This document shows positions 36,856 to 44,892 of a stretch of 57,211 bases of DNA, piece after piece. The stretch is taken from contig NZ_JASGES010000039.1 in assembly GCF_047606205.1 (NCBI RefSeq), positions 1-57,211 on the forward strand, in the 5' to 3' direction. The translations under genes and the position numbers were made by a program. Position 1 is the stretch's first letter; each line of letters opens with the position of its first letter. This stretch comes from Propionicimonas sp. (lineage in GTDB: Bacteria > Actinomycetota > Actinomycetes > Propionibacteriales > Propionibacteriaceae). The notes beneath the pieces are model-generated. The model searched no databases. It was not told where the DNA came from and was given only the letters and a program-made list of their open reading frames with translations.

Positions 36856-38509
36856 CGAGACCCTCCAGCGCCCGCAGGTCGGCCTCGATCCGGGGCAGAT
36901 CACCCGGGAGGCAGTCGAGAAGATGCTGGACGGTGCGGGCGAGATCGTCCAGGGCGTCCAGGTAGTCCGCCACGCTCCGGTCCAGGGCCTCCTGCGCGCG
37001 GGCCAGGACCTGATAGCCGACCCGGACCAGGTTCTTCTCGACCTGCCAGGGGACCATCCCCCGGAAGTGCCGGTGGACGGCCGGTCGTGCCAGGACCATC
37101 GGAATCGCCCAGGACAGGAGCTCGAGGTGGCTGTCGAACACGGGGTTGAGGGTGACGTCGACCGGGTTCGGGGCGGGCGCGGGAAGGGGCGGTGCGGGAA
37201 GCTCCAGGTCGGTGGACGTGGCGTCGCGGACGAGGCCGCCGAGCCGTTGCGCGAAGGCCTCGCCGAGGTGCCGGATCGGGACCCCACCCTGCGCCAGGAT
37301 CGGCGAGCACTGCGCTCTGGCCGTCTCGGACAACGTGGTCGCGACGGGCAGCAGCGACGCCGCGAGCCATCGCTGGAAGTCGCGCGTCTCGCTGGCCAGG
37401 CTTCCGCGCCAGCAGGACTGTTCCCCGGCCAGACCGGTGAGGAGTTGGGCGACGGCCCCGGGGAGAGTCCGCTTCACCAGGGCGTCCACGCTCGCCGCCG
37501 CCCGCTGGCGCACCGGGAGCAGCTGGGCGCGGGCCGAACGCCGCAGGGCAGGGAGGCGCTGCGCCTCGTCGCGCAGCGCGCTGCGGAGCGACTCAACGGC
37601 CTGCGCCTGCGCGGAGGCGGCGGCCCTGGCCAGCTCGAGGTACGCACAGGTGTCGTTGGCCAGCCGCCCGACCCGGTGCTCGGCGAGCTGGTCGACCTGC
37701 GCCGCGTGCGCACTGTCGAGCTGCTGCAGCTGGGCGCGCAGGCGCGCTCTCTGGGTCCGGTGTCGTGGCGCTCGCGACACCGCGATCAGCGGCGGTACGC
37801 AGGCGCACTGCCGTCCGAGCTGGTCCCGGACGTGCGCCATGACGTCCTCCTCGTCGCGCACGTCGAGCAGGTCCATCCTGGTCAGCACCACCAGCAGCGT
37901 CGGGGTGTGCCGCTGGATCTCCCCGACCAGCTGCAGGTCCTCGGCCGCGAGCGGTTCGGTCGCACTGATCGCAACCACGGCGGCACCGACGCGCGGAAGC
38001 CAGTCGAGGCTCGTCCGGGTGTTGTGATGCCAGGAGCTGCCCGTCCCCGGGGTGTCGACGAGGACCAGGTGCGGCAGGTCGGCGAGCGCGGGCGAGGTGA
38101 TCTCCACGGCCTCGACGCCCCTGCGGTTGTCCGGGTTCCCTGCCTCGGTCACCCAGTCCGCGAGCTCCTCGGGACGGATCGCCCTCTCCCCGCCGTGCGC
38201 CAACTGGACCGTCAGGCTGCGCCCCGGTCCATAGCGCAGGCGGGTGATCACCGCGGTGGCGGGAATCGCCCGGACCGGCAGGAGGTCCTCGCCGAGGAGC
38301 TGGTTGAGCAGGGTGGATTTCCCCGCCTTGAACCGACCCAGCACCGCGACGGCGAGTTCGCCGTGGGCGACCTGGGAGGTGGCGGTGCGACAGCGATGCT
38401 CGATCTCACCCAACTGGTAGCGGCCGGCGACCTCGAGGATGGCGTCGAGGGCGGCGCGATGATCGAGCCGGCTGCTGGTCCGGCTGACCGGCGCACTGGG
38501 AAAGGGCAT
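36848..38509 (-). CDS. Bacterial dynamin-like GTPase
   Basis: G1 GRFKAGKS, G2 PATA, G3 DTPG, G4-like TRMD; helical C-terminal region; ATG 38509 lies downstream of the riboswitch. Confidence 0.85.
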   Translation of the reverse strand: MPFPSAPVSRTSSRLDHRAALDAILEVAGRYQLGEIEHRCRTATSQVAHGELAVAVLGRFKAGKSTLLNQLLGEDLLPVRAIPATAVITRLRYGPGRSLTVQLAHGGERAIRPEELADWVTEAGNPDNRRGVEAVEITSPALADLPHLVLVDTPGTGSSWHHNTRTSLDWLPRVGAAVVAISATEPLAAEDLQLVGEIQRHTPTLLVVLTRMDLLDVRDEEDVMAHVRDQLGRQCACVPPLIAVSRAPRHRTQRARLRAQLQQLDSAHAAQVDQLAEHRVGRLANDTCAYLELARAAASAQAQAVESLRSALRDEAQRLPALRRSARAQLLPVRQRAAASVDALVKRTLPGAVAQLLTGLAGEQSCWRGSLASETRDFQRWLAASLLPVATTLSETARAQCSPILAQGGVPIRHLGEAFAQRLGGLVRDATSTDLELPAPPLPAPAPNPVDVTLNPVFDSHLELLSWAIPMVLARPAVHRHFRGMVPWQVEKNLVRVGYQVLARAQEALDRSVADYLDALDDLARTVQHLLDCLPGDLPRIEADLRALEGLVR

Positions 38510-38531
38510 GGAGCCGCCTGACCTCTCGTCC

Positions 38532-38578
38532 GCAGGGACCGTCAGCCGTTCCAGCACTCAAAGGCGAGCCCCATCGCC
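38532..38578 (-). promoter_or_regulatory. Fluoride riboswitch (crcB motif) upstream of the dynamin-like gene
   Basis: Minus strand GGCGATGGGGCTCGCC-tttgagt-GCtggaacgGC-TGACGGTCCCTGC; TATCCT -10 just upstream. Confidence 0.8.
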
Positions 38579-38650
38579 TGCGTTTCAGGATAGTCCGCCG
38601 CCGCGCCGGTGCGATGGATCCGGCGATGGACTCGGCTATAGTCGCGGTCG

Positions 38651-38708
38651 GGCGGTGGGGCTCGCCCTGGAGCAGAAAACCGTCGCGTCAGCGACCAACG
38701 GTCCCTAC
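38651..38708 (+). promoter_or_regulatory. Fluoride riboswitch variant upstream of enolase
   Basis: GGCGGTGGGGCTCGCC...AAAACC-GTCGCgtcaGCGAC-CAACGGTCCCTAC; TATAGT -10 at 38637. Confidence 0.68.
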
Positions 38709-38711
38709 CTT

Positions 38712-38790
38712 GTGTGCAGCCGGGCTGGACACGGAGGTGGGGATTTCTCTCACTTTCCCCCCAGCCTTCACGGCCAGCCCGGTTGCACAC
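38712..38790. repeat. Long inverted repeat in the enolase leader
   Basis: gtgtgcagccgggctgg (38712-38728) / ccagcccggttgcacac (38774-38790). Confidence 0.7.
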
Positions 38791-38836
38791 TCCCTCCGAT
38801 TCCACCGTGGAGTCGCGACGTGAGAGGAGCACGGAC

Positions 38837-40102
38837 ATGACTGTGACAATCGCCCGGGTGCAGGCACTGGAGGTGCTGGACTCCCGCGGGCGCCCGACAC
38901 TGACCGTGACCGTCGGGCTGGCCGACGGCACGATCGCCGAGGCCGGGGTCCCCTCGGGCGCCTCCACCGGATCGCGCGAGGCGGTGGAACTGCGTGACGG
39001 TGACCCGGCGCGGTTCGCCGGCGCCGGCGTGACGCGGGCGGTCGCACACGTGAACGGCGAGATCAACGAGCTCCTCACCGCCGGGTCGTGGGACGGCCTC
39101 GCCGCCGTCGACCAGGCCATGTGTGACCTCGACGGCACACCGAACAAGGCCCGGCTCGGCGCCAACGCGATCATCGGCACGTCGATGGCCCTCGCCCGCG
39201 CCCTGGCCGCCTCGGCCGGCACTCCGCTCTACGAGTGGCTGCCCGGCTTCGGCCAGCCCGCCCGGCTGCCCGTCCCGTGCTTCAACGTGCTCAACGGGGG
39301 CGCCCACGCGCCCAACCCGCTCGACTTCCAGGAGTTCATGGTCTGTCCGCTGGGCGCGCCGTCGATGGCCGAGGCCGTCCGCGCCGGCGCCGAGGTGTAC
39401 CAGGCGCTGAAGAAGCGCCTGGCGGCCGGCGGACACTCGACCGGCCTCGGTGACGAGGGCGGCTTCGCGCCCAACCTCGCCGAGCCCGAGGAGGTCCTCG
39501 AGCTGATCGTCGCCGCCATCACCGATGCCGGCTACCCGACCGGCAGCCAGGGCGTCGGCATCGCGCTCGACCCTGCGGCGTCCGAGTTCTGGACGGCGGA
39601 GGGCTACCGCGTCAACGGACGCCTGTTCTCCAGCGCGGAGATGATCGCCCGCTACGCCGAGATGATCGACCGCTTCGGAATCTGGAGCATCGAGGACGGC
39701 CTCGGCGAGCAGGACTCCGAAGGCTGGAAGCGGCTCACCGCGGAACTCGGCGGGCGCATCCAGCTGGTCGGCGACGACAACTTCTGCACCAACCCCGCGA
39801 TCATCGCCGCGGCGATCGACGACGGCATCGCCAACGCGGCCCTGATCAAGGTGAACCAGATCGGAACGGTGACCGAGACCCTCGAGGCGATGCGGATCTG
39901 CCACGACGCCGGCTACGGACAGATGGTCTCCCACCGGTCCGGCGAGACCCCGGACACGTTCATCGCCGACCTCGCCGTCGCCACCGGGTGCGGTCAGCTC
40001 AAGACCGGCGCACCTGCCCGCGGCGAGCGCATCGCCAAGTACAACCGGCTCATCCAGATCGCCGCCCAGCGCCCCGACCTGCCCTACGGCCTGAACCGCT
40101 GA
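38837..40102 (+). CDS. eno: Enolase (phosphopyruvate hydratase), probably an accessory paralog
   Basis: EVLDSRG.PT, VPSGASTG, GDEGGFAP, IKVNQIG, SHRSGET, KTG; GAGAGGAG RBS. Confidence 0.95.
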   Translation: MTVTIARVQALEVLDSRGRPTLTVTVGLADGTIAEAGVPSGASTGSREAVELRDGDPARFAGAGVTRAVAHVNGEINELLTAGSWDGLAAVDQAMCDLDGTPNKARLGANAIIGTSMALARALAASAGTPLYEWLPGFGQPARLPVPCFNVLNGGAHAPNPLDFQEFMVCPLGAPSMAEAVRAGAEVYQALKKRLAAGGHSTGLGDEGGFAPNLAEPEEVLELIVAAITDAGYPTGSQGVGIALDPAASEFWTAEGYRVNGRLFSSAEMIARYAEMIDRFGIWSIEDGLGEQDSEGWKRLTAELGGRIQLVGDDNFCTNPAIIAAAIDDGIANAALIKVNQIGTVTETLEAMRICHDAGYGQMVSHRSGETPDTFIADLAVATGCGQLKTGAPARGERIAKYNRLIQIAAQRPDLPYGLNR

Positions 40103-40109
40103 GACCCGG

Positions 40110-40140
40110 GCGGATCTGCGCGGCTCACGCGCAGATCCGC
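40110..40140. terminator. Hairpin between convergent eno and mutS-like genes
   Basis: gcggatctgcgcg-gctca-cgcgcagatccgc. Confidence 0.75.
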
Positions 40141-41672
40141 ACCGCTGGTGAGCCGCGCAGTGGGCCCGGGCCCGTGGTCGGCGGTTCGGTCGCGGTCCCG
40201 GACCCGAAGACCTGCCGGTAGATGTCCAGGGCATGGCTGGCCGAGGTCGCGGCGCCGGGCAGCAGCCGGTGAGTCCGGGTGCCGTCGGCGCGGCGTTCGG
40301 CGACCAGGAAGGTGACCCTGGGCCGCTCGGCGTAGTGCCGGGCGAGCCGGTGGAAATGCGTGACCAGCAGCACCCGGAGCCCGCGGTCGAGGAGGGCGTC
40401 GATGACCTCGACGGCGAGGTAGCTGCCCTCGACCTCATCGGTCGAAGCGAATGACTCGTTCATCAGCAGCAGATCACCGGGACGGCACCGGTCGACGATA
40501 CGGCTCATCCGGACCAGTTCCTCCTCCAGCTTTCCGCTGGCCAGGTCATCGTCCTCGGCACGCCGGAAGTGGGTGTGGACAGCGGGGGCGATCGCCGCCC
40601 GATAGGCGGTGGCCGGGACGAACACCCCTGCCTGGAAGAGCAGTTGGGCACAGCCGACGCTGCGCAGGAAGGTCGTCTTGCCGCCCTGGTTCGCCCCGAT
40701 CACGACGGCGAGGTCCAGGCACGGTCCGGGCAGATCGCTCGGGACCGGCGCCGTCCCGGTCCGAATCGCATGGCTCAGGCAGGACAGGCCCGTCGCCGTC
40801 ATCGCATCGGGCGGGCTCTCCGGCACCGGCCAGCACATCGGCACCCCCAGCTGGGCGAGGCGGTCGTGCAGCTGCAGGCAGCCCACGTAGAACCCGCTCT
40901 CCCCCTGCAGCTGCCGGAAGAAGCCGACGACGTGGTCGCACGCCCGGGCGAGGGTGGCGGCGACATCGTGGATGGCGTCCCCGCGCAGGTCCTCGAGGGC
41001 TCGGGCGCCTGCCTCGTCCCGTTCGGCGATGGTGAAGCGGAACCGGCCGGGCCCGGAGACCCCGAGCGTCTGCCACCACCGGCGCCGGCCCTCACCGGGC
41101 GCGAGCAGCTCGAGTTCGGCGAGCATCCCCGACGCATCCAGACGGGCCCGGGTGACCACGCCCTGCGGGAACTCCAGCTGCGCGAGCAGTGTCGACAGCT
41201 GGTCCAGGTAGGAGTCGGGGAGCTCGGCGACCAGACGCGCGTACAACTGGCCCAGACCGTCCGAGCCGACGCTGCCGACTCGGCGGCGGGCGAAGGCGAC
41301 GAGTTCGCGCAGCAGCGGCAGCAGCGCCCGGAGACCGTGGACCGACCGGGACAGCAGGGAGTCGGCGGTCCGCCCTCCGTACATCCAGATCGAGTGCTGG
41401 CTCTCCGGTGCGCGGCCGGCCAGCGCGAACAGCGCCCGCATCCCGTCCTGGTCGGCCAGGACGTCGGCGAGCACGCGCTGTCGCCAGCCGATCTGGGCCG
41501 GATCGACCAGCGGGTTCAGCAGGACCGCGGGGCAGATCCCCTCGAGGGTGCGTCCGGGCAGCATCACGGCCAGCACGGGCTCGAGGTCGAGATCGGCGAT
41601 CAGGTCATCGGCACCGTCGATCGGGGCGGCGAGGTCGGCGTTCCGGTCGGGGAACAGCAGATGCACCTTCAT
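40125..41672 (-). CDS. MutS-related ATPase (domain V only, MutS4-like), subunit 2
   Basis: GANQGGKTTFLRSVG.AQL, THF.R.ED, GKLEEEL.R, MNESFAST, VTHF; no mismatch-recognition domain. Confidence 0.85.
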   Translation of the reverse strand: MKVHLLFPDRNADLAAPIDGADDLIADLDLEPVLAVMLPGRTLEGICPAVLLNPLVDPAQIGWRQRVLADVLADQDGMRALFALAGRAPESQHSIWMYGGRTADSLLSRSVHGLRALLPLLRELVAFARRRVGSVGSDGLGQLYARLVAELPDSYLDQLSTLLAQLEFPQGVVTRARLDASGMLAELELLAPGEGRRRWWQTLGVSGPGRFRFTIAERDEAGARALEDLRGDAIHDVAATLARACDHVVGFFRQLQGESGFYVGCLQLHDRLAQLGVPMCWPVPESPPDAMTATGLSCLSHAIRTGTAPVPSDLPGPCLDLAVVIGANQGGKTTFLRSVGCAQLLFQAGVFVPATAYRAAIAPAVHTHFRRAEDDDLASGKLEEELVRMSRIVDRCRPGDLLLMNESFASTDEVEGSYLAVEVIDALLDRGLRVLLVTHFHRLARHYAERPRVTFLVAERRADGTRTHRLLPGAATSASHALDIYRQVFGSGTATEPPTTGPGPLRGSPAVRICA

Positions 41673-43252
41673 GCGAGCCTCCCGGCGAGATCATCGGCGG
41701 ACAGTCCGTGCCGGGCGGCGAGGGCCGCGGCGTGGGAGCGGCCCGCGGGTGGTTCGGCCCGGAAGCGGAAGGTGGGTCGGGTCGGGTCGTCGGGAGCCAG
41801 CTGCCCGACCAGGCTGGCGGCACCCTCCACCGAGGTCACGAGCTCCTCCAGGAAGGTCACCCACAGTGCCCGGCAGCCCAACTCGTCGAGCCGGATCAGC
41901 ACGTGCCTGGACAGGTCGAGCGCGTCCTGGGCCGAGGTCGCCGAGAACAGCTCGTTCAGCACCAGCAGCGCCGAGGCGTCCGCTGCGTCCAGGATCCCCC
42001 GCAACCGCACCAGTTCGTCGGCCAGCCCACCACGCTGGTGCTCGGGATCGTCGGGCTGGGGGAAGTGGGTGAGCACAGGGTTGAGCAGCGGGAGGGTCGC
42101 GGATCGCGCGGGCACGGCGAGCCCGAGCGACGCCAGGTAGGCCAGCTGGCCGATCGTCCGGGCGTAGGTCGTCTTGCCGCCCTGGTTCGGACCCGTGACG
42201 AAGGCGATCCGCTCCCCCGCACCGAGGCAGAGGTCGTTGGGGACCAGTCGCGCGCCGCCGCTGTGGGTGCGCAGGGCGAGAGCGAGATCGGTCGTCCCGG
42301 CCAGCAGAAGTGGCGTGCCCGGGTTCTCGATGACACGGGGACGGCACCAGGCCACGCCCTCACCGCCGAGTTGGTCGGCCACCTTCTGAAAGCCGAGGAA
42401 GAACCGCAGTTCCTCGCCCAGCCGCGCCAGGTCGTCGGGCAGGAAGTCCTGGTGCGCGGCGGCGAAGGCGTGCAGCCGGCCGAAGACCGCCGGTCTGAGC
42501 TCGGCGACCAGGCCGATCGCCTGGGCCTCCACGTGGTTCAGGTACCGCCGGGGACGTGCCGGAACCCCGGTCGCGCTGGAGGCGGCGGAGTCGAAGCGGG
42601 CGAAGAAGGCCGCGATCTGCGCGGTCCACCCGGGCCGGCCGCTGTCCTCGTCCACCCAGACCGTGCCGGCCCGCATGCCCAGTTCGACGGTGCGCGCCCG
42701 CAGCTCCTCCAGCCGCGACGCGCACCCCTCGGACAGCGTCCGGAACTCCTCACCGCCGGTGTACGCCGCCAGGTGGGCCCGGACGGCGAGCAGCCCCTCC
42801 GAGGTGGGCCCGGACTCCGCCAGGGCGCCGCTGAACCGGGTCACGGCCTCGGTGAACTGCCGGATCGACTCCAGCAGGTTCAGTTCGGCGGGAATGGCGT
42901 CGTGGGCGCTGCGCCAGGCCAGGATCGCGTTCCGGGCCGCGGCGAGCGCGGCATCGATCGCCTCGGCGGCCGGGCGGATGTCCGCCCGGGCCAGGTCGGC
43001 GGCGACATCCTGCCGATAGCCGACCACGCCCGCATCCGTCAGCGGCTCGCGCCACACCTGACGCTGGAAGTCGCCGGGCGCGGCCGCAGAGATGACCTCG
43101 TCCAGATGCAGGTCGACGAGCGTCTGTGGCGCGACCGGCCGCGGCGGGCGCCCGGCGGGCCCGAGCAGGCGCGGACAACCCGGCCCGAGAGCTGTGCTCC
43201 CTGCCCGGACCGCGAGCCCGCCCGGAGCGGTGGTAGACCCGGCTGCACACAT
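41669..43252 (-). CDS. MutS-related ATPase (domain V only, MutS4-like), subunit 1
   Basis: TGPNQGGKTTYARTIGQ, LTHF, G.LADEL.R, LNELFSAT, VTFLEEL; ATGA overlap with its partner. Confidence 0.85.
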   Translation of the reverse strand: MCAAGSTTAPGGLAVRAGSTALGPGCPRLLGPAGRPPRPVAPQTLVDLHLDEVISAAAPGDFQRQVWREPLTDAGVVGYRQDVAADLARADIRPAAEAIDAALAAARNAILAWRSAHDAIPAELNLLESIRQFTEAVTRFSGALAESGPTSEGLLAVRAHLAAYTGGEEFRTLSEGCASRLEELRARTVELGMRAGTVWVDEDSGRPGWTAQIAAFFARFDSAASSATGVPARPRRYLNHVEAQAIGLVAELRPAVFGRLHAFAAAHQDFLPDDLARLGEELRFFLGFQKVADQLGGEGVAWCRPRVIENPGTPLLLAGTTDLALALRTHSGGARLVPNDLCLGAGERIAFVTGPNQGGKTTYARTIGQLAYLASLGLAVPARSATLPLLNPVLTHFPQPDDPEHQRGGLADELVRLRGILDAADASALLVLNELFSATSAQDALDLSRHVLIRLDELGCRALWVTFLEELVTSVEGAASLVGQLAPDDPTRPTFRFRAEPPAGRSHAAALAARHGLSADDLAGRLA

Positions 43253-43272
43253 GACGGCTCCCTGGAGTTCCC

Positions 43273-43315
43273 GTAGGGACCGTCAGCGTTCGCGGTTGCG
43301 GCGAGCCCCATCGCC
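43273..43315 (-). promoter_or_regulatory. Fluoride riboswitch (crcB motif) upstream of the mutS-like pair
   Basis: Minus strand GGCGATGGGGCTCGCC-gc-AACCGC-gaac-GCTGACGGTCCCTAC, close to the canonical motif; TAGACT -10 upstream. Confidence 0.88.
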
Positions 43316-43353
43316 GTGACGTCGAGTCTACGCGGCGGGCCGTGGGTCTCTGC

Positions 43354-44679
43354 CTAGGGCGGTTGTTGGTTGGCGTCGTCCCCGGGGCGGTCTCGTGGGA
43401 GGCGTCGCGTGCCGCCGGGCCCGACTTGGTAGCGATGGCCCCACGGCGACGTCCACAAGAACACGCCAGGACGGGGTTGTTCGAGCTGCCAGCCGCAGTG
43501 GGTCTTGGCTCGGTGCGCCCGCCGCGACAGCGGGCCGAGGTTCGAAGGCCGGGTCTGCCCGGGCATGCCTCCGGTATAGGGGATGGTGTGGTCCAGGTCG
43601 CAGTGGCGGGCTTCCCGGGCCGACCAGGGAAACATCTCGTACCGGTCCCGGCCCCACACCTGTTCGCGCATCGGCTCGGGTATCTCGTAGGCGTCTACCG
43701 GCTGCTCGGCGCCACCCACCTGAACCACGGGGGTGAGCCTGATCTGGTGGTGCCCGACCAGGTGGGCGAGTTGGTCGACCATGACCGGGCCCACGCCCTC
43801 CACCCTCGCTGGGCCACCCTTGGTGAGCATGTCTGGGTTCAGGTGGATGTACACCTGGGCGGTCGGGGCATGCCGACGCCGACTGCGCTTCTGGTTCGTC
43901 GGGGCTTCCTGAAGACTGTTCTCGACCCCGTCCAACAACGCGAGGACACCTTCGGGATCGGCGAGCCGGCCGAGCGCTTTGGAACGGACCACCTCTGCCG
44001 GGTCGGTGTCACCATGCTCAATGAGTGTCCTGGTGACCAGCCCGAGCAGATGCTCGACCGCCTGGATGTCCCCGGCATCGGCCAAGGCACTCATCCAGCC
44101 CACCGCAGGATCATCGGCGGAAACCCCGCTGTGGACGTGCCGGCCCGAGCGAGCTCGCTCGGCCCGGGCAGCGACTTTGCCCGGCGCAACCTGGATGATC
44201 GAGGCCCGGAATCGGTTCACCACCCGTGGCCAGCCGACCACCCCGACACAGGCCGCGATCCGGGCATCAACCCGCAGGCACTCGTCGCGGTCCAGGTCGA
44301 AGCCCTCTGCGATCCCGGAGAGTTGCTGGGCCCGCCACAACGGCACCCGGCCCTCCAGCACCGCCGCCCACACTGCCGGGTGGCGGCTGTTCAGGTTCAC
44401 CACGTCACGGATCAGCCAGATGGCCGCGGTCACCGACATCCCGGCCAGCGCCGCCACCTCCAGGGGCAACGCCTCATCCACCAAAGCCGTACCGTCCGCA
44501 CCGAGCCGCACCGCCCGGCGCCCATTCAGGTCGAACCGGTCGGCTGGCGACCAACCCGCCTCCAGCGCCAGTTCCAGGATCGCCCTGGCCTTCACCACCT
44601 GCATCGCCGACTCCCCCACGAGCGCGGCCTCAAGCCGCTGTATCGCCGGCGCCCCCGGATCGATCCACGTGTGGTCCAT
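43354..44679 (-). CDS. DUF222 / HNH endonuclease protein (13E12-repeat-like, possibly mobile)
   Basis: C-terminal RDR..MFP...HCDLDHTIPY...NLGPLSRRAHRAKTH; atypical codon usage. Confidence 0.8.
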   Translation of the reverse strand: MDHTWIDPGAPAIQRLEAALVGESAMQVVKARAILELALEAGWSPADRFDLNGRRAVRLGADGTALVDEALPLEVAALAGMSVTAAIWLIRDVVNLNSRHPAVWAAVLEGRVPLWRAQQLSGIAEGFDLDRDECLRVDARIAACVGVVGWPRVVNRFRASIIQVAPGKVAARAERARSGRHVHSGVSADDPAVGWMSALADAGDIQAVEHLLGLVTRTLIEHGDTDPAEVVRSKALGRLADPEGVLALLDGVENSLQEAPTNQKRSRRRHAPTAQVYIHLNPDMLTKGGPARVEGVGPVMVDQLAHLVGHHQIRLTPVVQVGGAEQPVDAYEIPEPMREQVWGRDRYEMFPWSAREARHCDLDHTIPYTGGMPGQTRPSNLGPLSRRAHRAKTHCGWQLEQPRPGVFLWTSPWGHRYQVGPGGTRRLPRDRPGDDANQQPP

Positions 44680-44686
44680 GAGATCT

Positions 44687-44708
44687 ATCCAAACATCCCG
44701 CACTGACA
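44687..44708 (-). promoter_or_regulatory. RecA-NDp/PafBC-like DNA-damage promoter (imperfect)
   Basis: TGTCAGTG-8 nt-TTGGAT-7 nt-ATG; the -10 has T instead of A at position 2. Confidence 0.45.
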
Positions 44709-44892
44709 CTTCATCCATCAATTCGACTGATATCCGACCTTGCCATGAGGGGAATATGTGCATCTATTAGAACATTCGTCCATCAGACCCCGGGCCTGCC
44801 CGGCGCAGGGTCCCGGCGGTGGTGGCCACGTCGCCGTCCCACCATAGCCCGGCAGGCGGTGGCCCGGTCAGCCCCGGCCCGTAGCATGTGCG

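Noticed and set aside
38510-38557. Longer N-terminus of the dynamin ORF given by the ORF track
   Set aside because: It overlaps the riboswitch aptamer; ATG 38509 has a plausible RBS
38609-38636. Fourth fluoride riboswitch (ggcgatggactcggc)
   Set aside because: Only resembles the 5' half, P1 does not close properly, there is no 3' motif, and it lies upstream of the -10
36848-43252. Anti-phage system (dynamin plus ATPases)
   Set aside because: A single dynamin in a separate transcription unit; the fluoride-riboswitch leaders and the enolase point to ion stress. Not formally excluded without a DefenseFinder/PADLOC run
40125-43252. Canonical mismatch-repair mutS
   Set aside because: Proteins are too short, lack mismatch-binding and clamp domains, and no mutL is present
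44768-44783. LexA SOS box upstream of the HNH gene
   Set aside because: AGAAC-attc-GTCCA is too degenerate relative to CGAAC-N4-GTTCG
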